Numbered from the stretch's first letter, positions 1 through 19,243 are shown. The stretch is DNA of 64,000 nucleotides from the human T2T-CHM13v2.0 reference genome, Homo sapiens (GCF_009914755.1 NC_060925.1); one strand, 5' to 3'. Notes: a model not told the origin generated them from the letters alone. Numbers and translations: made by a program.

Positions 1-70
1 CTGACTGAATCCATGGACTAAGAAAAATCTGAGCATAGGTCACAGAAAAATACTGCTGTCATTTTTATAG

Positions 71-188
71 TAAGTTCCACCACTGTGCTTACTCAATAGT
101 AATGTCTAGAATACATGGCCAGAGATGATTGCATATAAAGCGCGTGTTGAAGAAAATGAGAGGTTTTGTTTAACTGAGAGTATATTAG
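71..188 (+). pseudogene. Gene A exon remnant 1 (phase 0 to 1)
   Basis: Acceptor ctgtcatttttatag|, donor TAG|gtatgt; 39 codons plus 1 nt, two stops; ...NTWPEMIAYKARVEENERFCLTESIL. Confidence 0.65.
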
Positions 189-260
189 GTATGTGCCAAT
201 CTATCTGTTGGTACAAATGAAATAATTTATATGTAGTAAGTGATCTCCTAACTATCTCAG

Positions 261-292
261 AAAATGCGAGTTTTCAGAATAGCAGCAGAAAT
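261..292 (+). pseudogene. Gene A exon remnant 2 (phase 1 to 0)
   Basis: ctcctaactatctcag| with a branch-like ctaac, donor AAT|gtaagt; 72-bp upstream intron; (E)NASFQNSSRN open in the phase set by exon 1. Confidence 0.65.
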
Positions 293-918
293 GTAAGTAC
301 AATATGATCACAGGTGTCACAGAGAAATTGAAAAGTAATCTTTTATAGTGCATCATAATGTTTATAAGTAACTCCGCAAGAAAGTGGAAAATCTCAAATC
401 ATCTAAATGCACATTTATCATAACTATTATGAAGGAGACATTTTGCTTTGCTTTATGTTTTCCTTAGTCTTGTGTGACATAATCATATCTTCTCCAAAGT
501 AATAAATATAAGTACTTTGTGTTAGGTACATTTTAAAAGGGCTTATTGGCTTAAGAGCATTTCCCTTCTCTACTATAATTGTCACAGTTTTGAAGAGTTT
601 AAGTTAGAGGTGATCACACTGGATTTCATATCTTGCAGTGACTTAATCCATACAGCCTCAGAAATTCAATTTATGAAATCTTTTCATTAAAAAAAGTACC
701 TGCACTATTTGCAAGCACCATAATTTGGGTACATCACTTAAACTTTCAGTCTTGCTTTAAAAAAAATCTATACAATGTGGACAGACATATCTATTGTGAT
801 AACTTTATTGTTTTAGGTAAAAAATGTCAAAGAAAATTCTTATAAATAATTGAATGTAGGATGTAAGAATATATAATGTAGGATGTGAGGCTATAACATG
901 TTACTCATTTATTTCCAG

Positions 919-1040
919 GTTGATTGAAATAATTTACCTGGCTATGGAGTATCTTTTACTATTTCATAGCCATCCCTCCCAGTTCTGCTCAAAAAAAGCA
1001 ACTTAAAAATGTAGAAAAACTACTTTTCAGTAAAGAGAAG
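919..1040 (+). pseudogene. Gene A exon remnant 3 (one frameshift)
   Basis: ctcatttatttccag| ... AAG|gtaaat; 122 nt, one short of 41 codons; VD*NNLPGYGVSFTI shifting to AIPPSSAQKKQLKNVEKLLFSKEK. Confidence 0.62.
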
Positions 1041-1221
1041 GTAAATATTATTTACCAACACATAGAAATAAAATTGCAGACAAAATATTAATATATAGGA
1101 CATATCTGTATTATTAACACAACATCCACATCATTAATTCCAAAGATTAAAACAAGCTTTGAGATACCTAGAAATATTATTTAAATTTCATCAATAATGT
1201 ACGTATCTATTTTTTTACAAG

Positions 1222-1305
1222 ATTCTCTATGGGAGAGCAAAGAAGGGGTACTATGCTACACATGTTATATATAAGAAAACGTACTTATGAGAAAATATTA
1301 TACAG
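1222..1305 (+). pseudogene. Gene A exon remnant 4 (phase 0 to 0)
   Basis: atctatttttttacaag| ... CAG|gcaagt (GC donor or mutated GT); 28 codons ILYGRAKKGYYATHVIYKKTYL*ENIIQ. Confidence 0.6.
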
Positions 1306-1484
1306 GCAAGTTTCAGCTCTAAAATAATACAGGAATATTTGCTATTTTTGCCCTTTAAGAAAGACTGAGCATAATATTGATGTAATTAGAATATTTCAAT
1401 TTTTAAGATATGTGCCCCTGTGTAGCCTATAGTCCTTGAAGTCAAATGCCATAAAATTGTACTTCATCTTTTTTTTTTTTAGAG

Positions 1485-1554
1485 TTAAAAGAATGCTTGA
1501 GTACTTTATTAGCTTTCACTAAACAGGCACATATTCATAAAAAATTACATACAG
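1485..1554 (+). pseudogene. Gene A exon 5, 5' half (ends at the L1 poly-T)
   Basis: Long pyrimidine tract then agag|; open frame LKECLSTLLAFTKQAHIHKKLHT runs into the L1 tail with no donor site. Confidence 0.6.
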
Positions 1555-6564
<5,010 letters not shown>

Positions 6565-6601
6565 GAGCATTTCTTGCAGCTCTGCATTCTCCTGTTTTGC
6601 A
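6565..6601 (+). pseudogene. Gene A exon 5, 3' half
   Basis: GA GCA TTT CTT GCA GCT CTG CAT TCT CCT GTT TTG CA|gtaaga; in frame with 1485-1554 once the L1 is removed. Confidence 0.58.
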
Positions 6602-6707
6602 GTAAGATTAACAAATAATGCTAATTATTAATACAAAGATACAAACATGAAAACCATAGTGAACTACTTAATACATATTTATCTTGTTATGATCTTGCAT
6701 TATTAAG

Positions 6708-6798
6708 ACATATATTCCTTGATGACATGGGAAGAACCATGAATTCATTATCTTATGACCCTCTTATCTACCATAATTTCTACTTCATATTGTGTTAA
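6708..6798 (+). pseudogene. Gene A probable last coding exon
   Basis: gatcttgcattattaag|; phase 2 matches the preceding donor; (Q)HIFLDDMGRTMNSLSYDPLIYHNFYFILC then TAA at 6796-6798. Confidence 0.6.
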
Positions 6799-7529
6799 TA
6801 TAAGAAGCTTGTTTTGTCCATATAAAAAAAAACTGTATATAAACATGGAGTTCATTCTTCATCCATGTTTTCTACTCGTCCACCAATTGACAGCATAATT
6901 TTTTTCTAATGAACTCTTCCACTATGTCCAATTATGTGCTTTCAAGCTTTTTATAGCACTGAATTCTGATGACTAACTCATCAATGCCTATTTCCACACA
7001 AACTCTAGGCTCCATGTGGGCAACACACTTTTTCTCACAATTTTATTCCTAGTATCTCTAGAGAACCTGGCAGTATAAGTCTATTAATATATATTTGATG
7101 AAGTACTCAATGGCTGTTTTAAAGAATGAGTGAAGCTATTTATTGCAAAGTGCTAAGAAATATTTCTAATAATAAAAAAAGTGATTCTCCTTTGAAGCAT
7201 ATTATGACATACTGATGTGTCTGCAGCTTTGAGAATGGTTCTTTTTTTAAAGACTCTTTTTGAAAAAAATTCAATTTTATATATAATTTTATGTAATTCT
7301 ATATATGTATGTACATAAGTTTTATATTTATTTTTATTTTTTACACATGCAAATAGTACTAGAATGTAAACAGTCAACAACTTGTGCTTTTAGTAGCAGT
7401 ATGAATTTATTATAGCTTTTTAATTATTATTTTAACCCCTATATAGCAATATGATGTTTTTAAAGTACTTGAATTTATTTAACTAGTCTTTTTGATAGGT
7501 TGTTTCCAATTTTTTCATTTTTCATTTTT

Positions 7530-7645
7530 TCATTCAATGCATATTCATTGAACCACCTACTACTGTGTGCTGGACATTCCTACAGGCATGAAGATTCAGT
7601 GGTGAACAGAACAAAGTCCTTGCACTAGGTAAACTTCCAGTCTCA
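7530..7645 (-). mobile_element. L2 3'-end fragment
   Basis: cattcaatgcatattcattgaaccacctactactgtgtgctggacatt...gattcagtggtgaacagaacaaagtcct is the typical reverse-strand L2 tail. Confidence 0.7.
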
Positions 7646-7774
7646 TAAGCTGTATTGCAGAAAACACATCCCTGTACATGTTATGCTTACTTGCTTATGT
7701 GAGTCAATCTGAAGGATAAATTGTTCAACATGGAATTATTGAGTCAAAGGGCATAAAAATTTCAAATATAATAA

Positions 7775-8830
<1,056 letters not shown>

Positions 8831-9127
8831 TGTCTTTTCACAGCAAGTTATACCAACTTAATATTATCACTAACGTTAGATACCATTAACCTTTATCATG
8901 TTTGTCAATCAGGCAAAACATACCTTATTTTAATTTACATTTCTTTGCTTGTTAATGAAGTATATTTTTACACGTTAATTAGCTATTTATATTTCTTCCA
9001 TTAGTTGCCTGTTAATGTTTCTTCTTATTTTTCTATTGGGTTGTTTGTCAATTTTTTTATATTGACATTATTATTGATTATTTCTTATTACCCAGGCCTC
9101 AAATATATCCTCCTAGTATGCTCTTGA

Positions 9128-9380
9128 TCTTTTTTATTATTATTATACTTTAAGAGTTCTGGGATACATGTGAAGACCATGCAGGTTTGTTACATAGGTA
9201 TACATGTGCCACGGTGGTTTGCTGCAGCCATCAACTCATCATCTACATTAGGTATTTCTCCTAATGCTATCCCTACCCTTGCCCCCCACCCCCAGATAGG
9301 CACCAGTGTGTGATGTTCCCCTCCCTGTGCCTATGTGTTCTCATTGTTCAGCTCCCACTTATGAGTGAGAACATGCGGTG
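9128..9380 (-). mobile_element. L1PA7/8-like 3'-end fragment
   Basis: Poly-T then ttctgggatacatgtg...cccacttatgagtgagaacatgcgg. Confidence 0.9.
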
Positions 9381-9555
9381 ACTTTCAATAGGAAGACAAT
9401 AATAGATGCTTGACTTTGGGGAAAGATTAAATAACCAATGTTGTCTAGCTAGAATACAACATTATGGGAGTGTCCATTGCTATATTTGTATATAAAACCT
9501 ATGCTACAAATCAACACAGTGTGTTGAAGAAACAGGCTATTCATTAAACACTAGG

Positions 9556-9651
9556 TCAAAAGCAGTTTTGTGTTGCTACATTTGCCCTGGCAGAAGGTGC
9601 TGAAGTATTGGTTGCACTCTCTACTATTTCACACAGTATTTCTTCGGATTC
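9556..9651 (-). pseudogene. Gene B candidate terminal coding exon
   Basis: Acceptor cacattttctttag|; phase-0 frame ESEEILCEIVESATNTSAPSARANVATQNCF*; phase link to the previous exon is not resolved. Confidence 0.4.
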
Positions 9652-9789
9652 CTAAAGAAAATGTGCCTCAATAAGGGAAGAGCAGCACCTTATGGGAGAT
9701 ATAAGTTAAATATCTGTAGAATATGTGTGGTATGATTTACTAATGTTAATAAGAATACTTCCCTTTTCCTTGACAAATGAATAAATCAC

Positions 9790-9917
9790 CCTTTTCTGTG
9801 ATTGACAGTCTCCATTATGCAAACAGGACTGGTTTGTGAACCATTGCATCCCACATGGGCTCGAGTTTTATAAAGAAAGATAAGCATTTATTTATGATGC
9901 TCAGGCAAATACTGAAC
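9790..9917 (-). pseudogene. Gene B candidate exon
   Basis: ctaaacattttactcag|, phase 2 in, matching the upstream donor; FSICLSIINKCLSFFIKLEPMWDAMVHKPVLFA*WRLSITEK; weak donor GG|gtgatt. Confidence 0.4.
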
Positions 9918-10034
9918 CTGAGTAAAATGTTTAGAGTAGAGAAGTTTCAGCATTACATATGTGTCAACGGTGTACATCTCATGATCATCCTTGTATAATA
10001 TTTTTTCTTCTTTAGGTTATATGATAACACTTAC

Positions 10035-10193
10035 TTGAATTGCAAACGAATGCTTAAATAAAACTGATGTTGAACTTTTCTTCTTTTTAACTGACAAAGG
10101 TGAACTTTTCTACAGTGTGTCAATATCTACAACTCTGAAACTGCTTACACTGAAGGCAAAAGAAAGCCACTTTGAGCTATGAATGATGACCAC
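10035..10193 (-). pseudogene. Gene B exon remnant (159 nt; alternative donor at 10149 gives 45 nt)
   Basis: Strong acceptor ttatcatttctttgcag|; donors AA|gtaagt (10035) and GT|gtaagc (10149), both phase 2; WSSFIAQSGFLLPSV*AVSEL*ILTHCRKVHLCQLKRRKVQHQFYLSIRLQF. Confidence 0.6.
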
Positions 10194-10980
10194 CTGCAAA
10201 GAAATGATAAGACTGCAACTTTTCTTTCTTTTCTTGGCAGTATTCCCCTTGCTGTGTTCTGACTTATGCCAAGTAATTGGAATCAGTCAAACAGATAACA
10301 AGCTAATTTCCCTTTTTTCTTTCCTCTCAACTCAATACACTCATATTCTTCACAAGAAAATGTAACAATGTGTCTGTCACTTAAAATGAACCACCAGATG
10401 GATCTATAAAAATAGTAAAAGGAAAATTTGGAATACATTTCAGGATGACACAGGTTAATATATCCATAAAACTTTGTATTTTCTAAAAAAAAATTGGAAT
10501 TAGTTAATTAGTTTTAATGAAAAGATCATTAGCAGAACAGTACACTATGTTGCTTTCATAGGGTTTAAATTGAGTTACTGAGTATGGAAAATAAATAAAT
10601 GAAATAGATAATTTCTAATGGGTCACAGTCTGTAAAAGAAATAAAAATTATGATTTGATAATCTGTAATCGAGAAATAGAGAGTTATCTAAAATAAAGGT
10701 TAAAAACTTTTAGATAAAAGTTTTTATCTAAAATAAAAGTTTGGCATGGTAGGAGAACAGTAGGAGGACTAGCCTAGGTGATGCAGTTTGAGCTATTGGG
10801 TATGTAGTATAACTATTCATTGAGAAGAAGACAGCTGTGGAAGGAGCAGTTTTTGATAAGTTCTTATAGGATATGAAGACATATAGTGCTTTCTTGTGAC
10901 TAGCATACAAGTAGAACTATTTACTTATATTTAAATACATGTTGCAGGATAAGGGCAGTGCTGAAAATATAAACTTTCAA

Positions 10981-11018
10981 ATATATATATTTAAAATATA
11001 TATATATATATAGTGTAT

Positions 11019-11058
<40 letters not shown>

Positions 11059-11062
11059 CGCG
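10981..11062. repeat. Compound microsatellite (TA)n-(TG)15-(CG)6
   Basis: Seen directly. Confidence 0.95.
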
Positions 11063-11794
11063 TAGTTAAACTGGTTGATATTACCGTGGGAGAATGCTTA
11101 GGTGGAGAATAGGAGGGAAACAAGGATTAACAACTTGCCTTTAAATTGTTCACATTTTGTATTACCATAGTACCATTAATCAAAATCAGGAAATTAACAC
11201 TGATACAATCCTATTATCCAATCTAGAGACCATAGTCAAATTTTAGAACTGTCCCACTATTTTCCTTTTTCTGGGCCTGTATCATACATTGCATCTAGAT
11301 GTCTTGTCTCTTTAACCTCCTTTCACTATTAAGGTGTAAAAGAAAGAACCAGGAAGGACTCTATGAACTAATATCCAGCAATTTCCAAAACCTATCATTT
11401 AGTGAAAATTACAAAGAATATCTCTAGGCTGCAATCTTTCATGTAACAAAGAAAAGGAAATAAGCAATAAGCATGTTATCTGCTCATGTATACAGCAAGG
11501 AGAAACCAGAATCTAATGAGAATACACAAGTGTGTGGGAATCCATGCAATGACACAATGTAAGAATTGGAATGGAAGAGAAGAAATAAGAATGGAGTGAC
11601 ATTTATCTGTCTATATTCTTTTGTATAGTTTAGACTTCCAAAACAATCTCAAATTTTACATATTCAAAAAATTAAATAAATATTTATCAACCATGATGTG
11701 ATGGGAACACCAAAATGGAATGCAATACTAACAGATGGGTGTATAATATGATCACATCAAAGGAGTGGAGAAGAGAAATATTAGCCTGATTCTT

Positions 11795-12525
11795 AAAAGG
11801 TCAAAAAATAACAGACGCTGGCAAGGTTATGGAGAAAATCAAACACTTACATATTGTTGGTGGGAGTGTAAATTAGTTCAACCATTGTAGAAAGTAGTGT
11901 GGCAATTCCTCAAAGAGCTAAAAACAGAATTGCTATTCTACCCAGCCATCCCATTACTGGTATATACCCAAAGGATATATACCATATATATATATAAATT
12001 GTTATATATAAATACATATATAAATTGTTCTACCATAAAGACACAAACATGTGTATGTTCACTGCAGCACTATTCACAATTGCAAAGACATAGAATCAAC
12101 CTAAATGCCCATCAGTCATAGACTGAATCAAGAAAATGTAGTACATAAACACCATGAAATACTATACAACCATAAACAAGAACAAGATCACCTCTTTTGC
12201 AGGAACATGGATGGAGCTGGAGGCCATAATCCTTAGCAAACTAATGGAGGAACAACAACAACAACAACAACAACAAACAAATACTGTATGTTCCCACTTA
12301 CAAGTGGGAACTAAATGCTGAGAACACATGGACACAAAGAGAGGAAAAACAGACACTGGGACCTACTGGAGGGTGGAAATTAGGAGGAGGGAGTAGATCA
12401 GAAAAAATAACTATTGGGTACTAGGCTTAGTATTTGGGTGATGAAGTAATCTGTACAACACATTCCCACGAAAAGAGATTACCTATCCAATACCTATACC
12501 CCAAACCTAAAATAAAAAGAAAAAG
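11795..12525 (+). mobile_element. L1PB/L1PA15-16-like 3' portion nested in an older L1MC-type 3' end (about 11350-12900)
   Basis: ORF2 end (WQFLKELKTEL..PAIPLL), 3' UTR gaaaaaataactattgggtactaggcttag, poly-A; (AAC)n at about 12251-12278. Confidence 0.85.
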
Positions 12526-12959
12526 AAAAATTATTAGCCTGACTTTGTAAAACAGGATTTTGATACCATAAAGTACAAGCCAAAAGAAACCTGTACAAAA
12601 TATGTATTCCAAATATTAAACAGGCTTTTTTAAAACATAGATATGGGTTACTCACCCAGAAACTTCTTTTTTTGTGTCTTCTAGGACTAAGCAAATAACT
12701 GCTTATATTGAAAATAATGAAAGCAAGTTTATCACTGTTGTACACAATGGCTACAAATGCAGAAAGAGGAAGACTAGAGTGAGCTTCATTATACTGGATT
12801 GGGATTGTTGGTATCAGCATATGCTCATATCTTTTAATGTATTAGCAATAGATCTTAAAAGATATATTTGTGTTTATGCATATAATGTATAAAAGCAGAG
12901 CCTTTAGCAGTAACAAAAAGAGGAAAAGTCTAAAAAAACCTTAAATTTTTGGTACTTAA

Positions 12960-13201
12960 TTTCTATGAATATTAAAATAAAAACATTCTTCTTTAGCCTT
13001 AACGGAAGTGGGTATGAAGTGGGTAAATGTTGATACTTCTGATGTTAGCATATTTTGTGGCAAAATAAGAATATCATAATTGAAAATTATAAATATGATT
13101 TTGTCACAATAAACATGAAATAACTTTGAACTGATGGCAATTTAACATTCATTGTTTAGTGCATGTCAGAGGCTTATGGATGATACACAGAAAAATAGTC
13201 C
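12960..13201 (-). pseudogene. Gene B exon remnant (80 codons plus 2 nt, RGS-like core)
   Basis: Acceptor tttttgtcttgcattctacag|; GLFFCVSSISL*HALNNEC*IAISSKLFHVYCDKIIFIIFNYDILILPQNMLTSEVSTFTHFIPTSVKAKEECFYFNIHR; donor appears mutated (AA|ttaagt), and phase 2 fits the 10193 exon. Confidence 0.65.
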
Positions 13202-13266
13202 CTGTAGAATGCAAGACAAAAACATTTAGATAGTAATTTCATTAGAGTTTAACACAAAAGAAGCAC

Positions 13267-13353
13267 CTATTCTTGACTTAAAATAAGGTATGCATTCAGG
13301 ACATCATATGCACACTGCCTATGAGGGGATTTAAGCCTCCATAAAAACTGTAC
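13267..13353 (-). pseudogene. Gene B exon remnant (phase 0 to 0)
   Basis: ccaaagttctttgtag| VQFLWRLKSPHRQCAYDVLNAYLILSQE* |gtgctt; downstream intron is only 65 bp. Confidence 0.5.
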
Positions 13354-13415
13354 CTACAAAGAACTTTGGACATTTGTTGCCTAAAATTACTAAGGATCTT
13401 CGAATAAGGAAGTAG

Positions 13416-14432
<1,017 letters not shown>

Positions 14433-14566
14433 GATTACTTAAAAAGAGGAGTCCATACCTGTTCGTATATATTTGACAGGCATTTAGTTGAGTGTGTACT
14501 TCATGTCAGGCATTATGTCAGACCATGTTAATACAGAACAGAACACTTTGTTAATAACATTAAGAT

Positions 14567-15295
14567 TTTTTGTGAACATTTTCTCCCATTCTGTAAGTTG
14601 CCTATTCACTCTGATGATAGTTTCTTTTGCTTTGCAGAAGCTCTTTAGTTTAATTAGGTCCCATTTGTCAATTGTGACTTTTGTTGGAATTGCTTTTGGT
14701 GTTTTAGTCATGAAATCCTTGCCCATGCCTATATCTTGGCAATTCCTCAAGGATCTAGAACTAGAAATACCATTTGACCCAGCAATCCAATTACTGGGTA
14801 TATACCCAAAGGATTATAAATCATTCTACTATAAAAGCACATGCACACGTACGTTTATTGCAGCACTATTCACAATAGCAAAACTTGGTGCCCATGAATG
14901 TTAGAGTGGATAAAGAAAATGTGGCACATGTACACCATGGAATACTATGCAACCATAAAAAAGAATGAGTTCGTGTCCTTTGCAGGGACATGGATGAAGC
15001 TGGAAACCATTCTCAGCAAACTATCACAAGAACAGAAAACCAAACACCACGTGTTCTCATTCATAAGTGGGAGTTGAACAATGAGAACATATGGACACAG
15101 GGAGGGGAACATCACACACCAGGGCCTGTTGGGGGCTGGGAGGCCTAGGGGAGGGATAGCATCAGGAGAAATAAACAATGTAGATGACGGGGTGATGGGT
15201 GCAGCAAACCACCATGGCACAAGTATACCTATGTAATAAACCTGCATGTTCTGCACATGTATCCCAGAACTTAAAGTATAATAAGAAAAAAAAAT
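14567..15295 (+). mobile_element. L1PA7/8-like element with 5' inversion (14567-14735 minus, 14736-15295 plus)
   Basis: Chimeric ORF 14488-14904 switches from antisense ORF2 to sense [15 protein letters not shown] at about 14736; poly-A at about 15280-15294. Confidence 0.9.
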
Positions 15296-15399
15296 GTTTT
15301 TTTGCAAAGGATTTTGAGTTGTTTACTAGAATTATTTTGAAGCATATTTTATTTAGTTTCACACAGACTTGAAATAAGTCTTAATCTTCGTTCATTTAC

Positions 15400-15486
15400 A
15401 CAGAACAGTCTGAACCAGCCCTGTGGCAAACTGAATATATTTCTTAATTTACACATTTCTCTGGATTAATGAAGAATTTTCTCAAT
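15400..15486 (-). pseudogene. Gene B exon remnant (phase 0 to 0)
   Basis: aatatttgcatttaag| IEKILH*SREMCKLRNIFSLPQGWFRLFC |gtaaat; 87 nt; continues the frame of ...HPIESILSK. Confidence 0.5.
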
Positions 15487-16092
15487 CTTAAATGCAAATA
15501 TTATTTTACATGTAATTTGCTTATTGAAAAAATAAACTCTATATAAATGTAACAAGAAATTTCTCCCTCATGCTGTTTCATTTTCCTATGGCATTGCTTT
15601 AACCAGCTAGAAGAAAGTGGCAATAAAAAAACAAAACAAAAAAAAACTAACAAAAGTTTAATTTGACCTAATAATAAAAGTGGAAAATTATTTACTGTTT
15701 TTGTTTCTAGTCACTACATGTGCAATTTGACTGTTTCTACATTCAAATCATTATTGAAATCTTTTATTTAAGAGTAAAAATGTGATCATATGATTAAAAA
15801 AATTGTTTTTTTTTATTTTTTTCTTGTCTTTTCTTTTTTTTTTTCCCAGAAGATAACTTTCTTTCATTAGAAGAAATGCTCAAATGCAAAGTTTACTGTT
15901 CCAGACTCATTTAAGATTGAAGTATGGAGGCCTCATTTATATGCCTACTCAAGTTGAAAGGGTTAAATTGGCATCACCTTGTGAAATGTAATCATTCAAC
16001 TTAAAATAATATGTTAATGAATTAAAACAAAAGCATTTCCCCTTGAATACAGCACAGACATTAATACATTATAGTAACTCACTTTCATTAAA

Positions 16093-16523
16093 TACTTGGA
16101 ACCAACCCAAATGTCCAACAATGATAGACTGGATTAAGAAAATGTGGCACATATACACCATGGAATACTATGCAGCCATAAAAAATGATGAGTTCATGTC
16201 CTTTGTAGGGACATGGATGAAACTGGAAATCATCATTCTCAGTAAACTATCGCAAGAACAAAAAACCAAACACCACATATTCTCACTGTGGGAATTGAAT
16301 AATGAGAACACATGGACACAGGAAAGGGAACATCACACTCTGGGGACTGTTGTGGGGTGGGGGGAAGGGGGAGGGATAGCATTGGGAGATATACCTAATG
16401 CTAGATGACGAGTTAGTGGGTGCAGCACACCAGCATGGCACATGTATACATATGTAACTAACCTGCACATTGTGTACATGTACCCTAAAACTTAAAGTAT
16501 AATAATAATAAAAAAATAAAAAA
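16093..16523 (+). mobile_element. L1PA3-like 3'-end fragment
   Basis: [16 protein letters not shown]..., 3' UTR gagaacacatgg...ctagatgacgagttagtggg, poly-A. Confidence 0.92.
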
Positions 16524-16829
16524 TATATTGGCATTAATTTACCAATTTTCTCTCACCATTCTATACTTCTTTCAAATTTATAGGTATTATTATCTATATT
16601 AAAATACTAATTCCATCCAAAGGGCATGAAATGCTACCACAAAAGAGTTAGTTTTGCTTTTGAATCTGTCCTATTCATTGTCTACTAATAATTCTAAGCA
16701 ATTCTCCAGCTCTACTAGCTATCATTTCCAGCCCCCCATAGGCCAATTTCAATTTTTTTCATAAGAATAATATTTCATAGATGTTTGTCTTATTTCTGGA
16801 ATCAGTTTGTATCTCTACATAGTATCCCT

Positions 16830-17060
16830 ATGTCAGTCTGGGTTTGAATACCGGCTTTAGTATTTACTAGCTGCATGACTTTGGACAATTTGTTGAACTT
16901 CCCCAAACATCAAGCCTATGATCTTTAAAATGGCAATTATAAAAACAGCAGGAACTTTATGGGTTATGAAAAGCTCAAAATAATGCAATTAAAGTACTAA
17001 AGTGTTTAGCAATATTTCTATTTTGTACAAAAAGCTTGATAAATCCATCACTTTTATTTA
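16830..17060 (+). mobile_element. MIR
   Basis: ctgggtttgaataccggctttagtatttactagctgcatgactttggacaatttg core. Confidence 0.75.
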
Positions 17061-17997
17061 AAATGTATACAATAAATGCAATAAAGTGTGATTAACAAAT
17101 GCATGTACACTTCATAAAAATATAACACTAAAAATACTTTATTTTTTACCAAATAAAATAGAAATTATTGTGTTAATTTAATGAAGGGATTGAGATAGTA
17201 AACATACCTGTATTGTAGATATGTAAGAATTAATGTGATTAGAAGTGTAGTGTCAATTAAACCAGTAAGAAACAAGTACAGAAAGGCCTGTGTTGTTAGA
17301 ATGAGGTCCTTGGCTTTCTTTCTAGTATACATCATGCATCTCCCAGCAAAAAATAGAGAGTTTTTGAGAGTAGAAAATTCTATATTATTTTACTGGCTTA
17401 GAAGGTAAATTTATCATAACCCAACACTGTGTTTCTGAGTTTTATGTAGTTTTATTGTCATTAATTGAAATCTCTCCCAAAATATTGTAGACAGTTGACT
17501 ATTATTAGTGAATTTCAGAGCTGCTGATTTCCCCTCATTTTTTCTATAATTTAATGGGAATTTCCGAAGGGCCTATAAGAGAACATAAGACAAAAGCTGT
17601 TTTATGCTGTAGGGCATAAATACTACACATGATAGTATGAGTTAGTGCACTTTGTAAGGGTTGTTCAAACAGAAACTAAACAACAGTCCATTAGAGATGT
17701 TGTTAAAATAATTTATCTTCCATAAAATAACAATGCAGTTTAAATTGTTAGAGAACTACATTATTACTAACAGAATATTAGTATAATGGTACTTATAAGG
17801 AAACATGATTTACAGATTCAAATATATCTGCATATGATATTATGAATGGTGTATTACCAGATAAATTTTGTATATATCATTTTTATTCTATCAAAAAAGC
17901 TATGAAATCTTAATGAGCAAATTAAAAACTCTACAGAGATAATGAAACAGAAGTGTAGAAAGAGAGAAAAGAAAGAAGAAAGCAAATTATTATTGAT

Positions 17998-19243
17998 TAT
18001 ATGGTTTGAGAGTAACCTATGCTAACCATTTTATTTAATTTCTCCCAATCCTCAAAACAAATCTATCAGGCAGAAATGATTATTCAGATTGGTTCTTCAA
18101 CTTGTCCACAGTTACACAATTTATAAACAGCAGAGCCAGGAATTAAGTGAAATCCTGAGTTCATAGCTTAAGTGAGGTAAGTGGAAATAGTGGGTGGTGG
18201 GAATGGAGATTGTTACTAATTTTTTCTGTATGCCATACAATACTAGATATGTGCTTAAGTATTAGAATATGACAAATAATTGTTAAAGACCAAAAAAATT
18301 AACAATACTAAATCCCATTAAGGATGCAGTAGGACCATGTGTATATTACATTTTTAAATCCTGTATATATTTGCTTTAATTGGAAGCTATCAATATTACT
18401 AAGAGGCTACATTAAAAATACTGTTGTCTTTATGCTATTTTTTCAGTCTCAATGTGATTTATGCAAGAGAGAAAATAACCTGGAAAAACTTTTTAAATAC
18501 ATTTATACTTATGTATACCTTAAAAAAATAATAAAGGGAATAAGACATGCTGGTCAGGAGAGTCAAGAACAACTTATATTTGAGATAACAGGTTTCAGAG
18601 TCAGAGACACCTGACTTTTATTCCTAGTTCTGCTATTAAAATCGTGAAATTCTTCAAAAATAATTTTTCTATCTTGTGCAATAATATCATTGGCACTTCA
18701 AGACCGTAATAAGGATGATGGGAATAAAATAATGTAATATAGTGGCTAATAAATTAGTAGAGCAGTAGTGGAAGCGGGAGAAATGAGGCTTAAAAGCTGT
18801 CATCACTCAAACATCAAAAAATTGGGTCATTTTTTGTAATGAGGTCATTACTACCTCTATTGAGTAATAATCCCCACTTCTATGGATTAAGTAAATGCAT
18901 ACTCAATACATAGAATTGACCATATGGTTTGAAAGTCACTTATGGTAGGTGTTTCATTATGTCTCCTAATCCTCAAAAAAAAATCTACCAGGTAGAAATC
19001 CTTATTCAGATTCGTTGTTCAACTTGTCTACAGTTACACGATTTGTAAAGAGCAGAGCCAGAAATTAAGTGAATTTTAAATGAATGCTCAATATGTAGAA
19101 GTGGGGATTATTATGCTATAGGATTATTATTCTATACCTAATGAGGTTGTAAGGACCTCATTACAAAAAAGGACCCAAATTTTTTATGTTTGACTAATGA
19201 CAGTTTTTAAGTCTCCTCTCTCCCTCTTTCTCTAATGCTCTAC
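17998..19243. repeat. Local direct duplication (about 17998-18152 and 18921-19075) enclosed in inverted arms (18757-18900 and 19080-19243)
   Basis: Both pairings aligned by eye at roughly 80% identity. Confidence 0.85.

Noticed and set aside
12656-12680. Minus-strand micro-exon with a strong GG|gtgagt donor
   Set aside because: Lies in L1MC-type 3' UTR sequence and is not needed for phase continuity of gene B.
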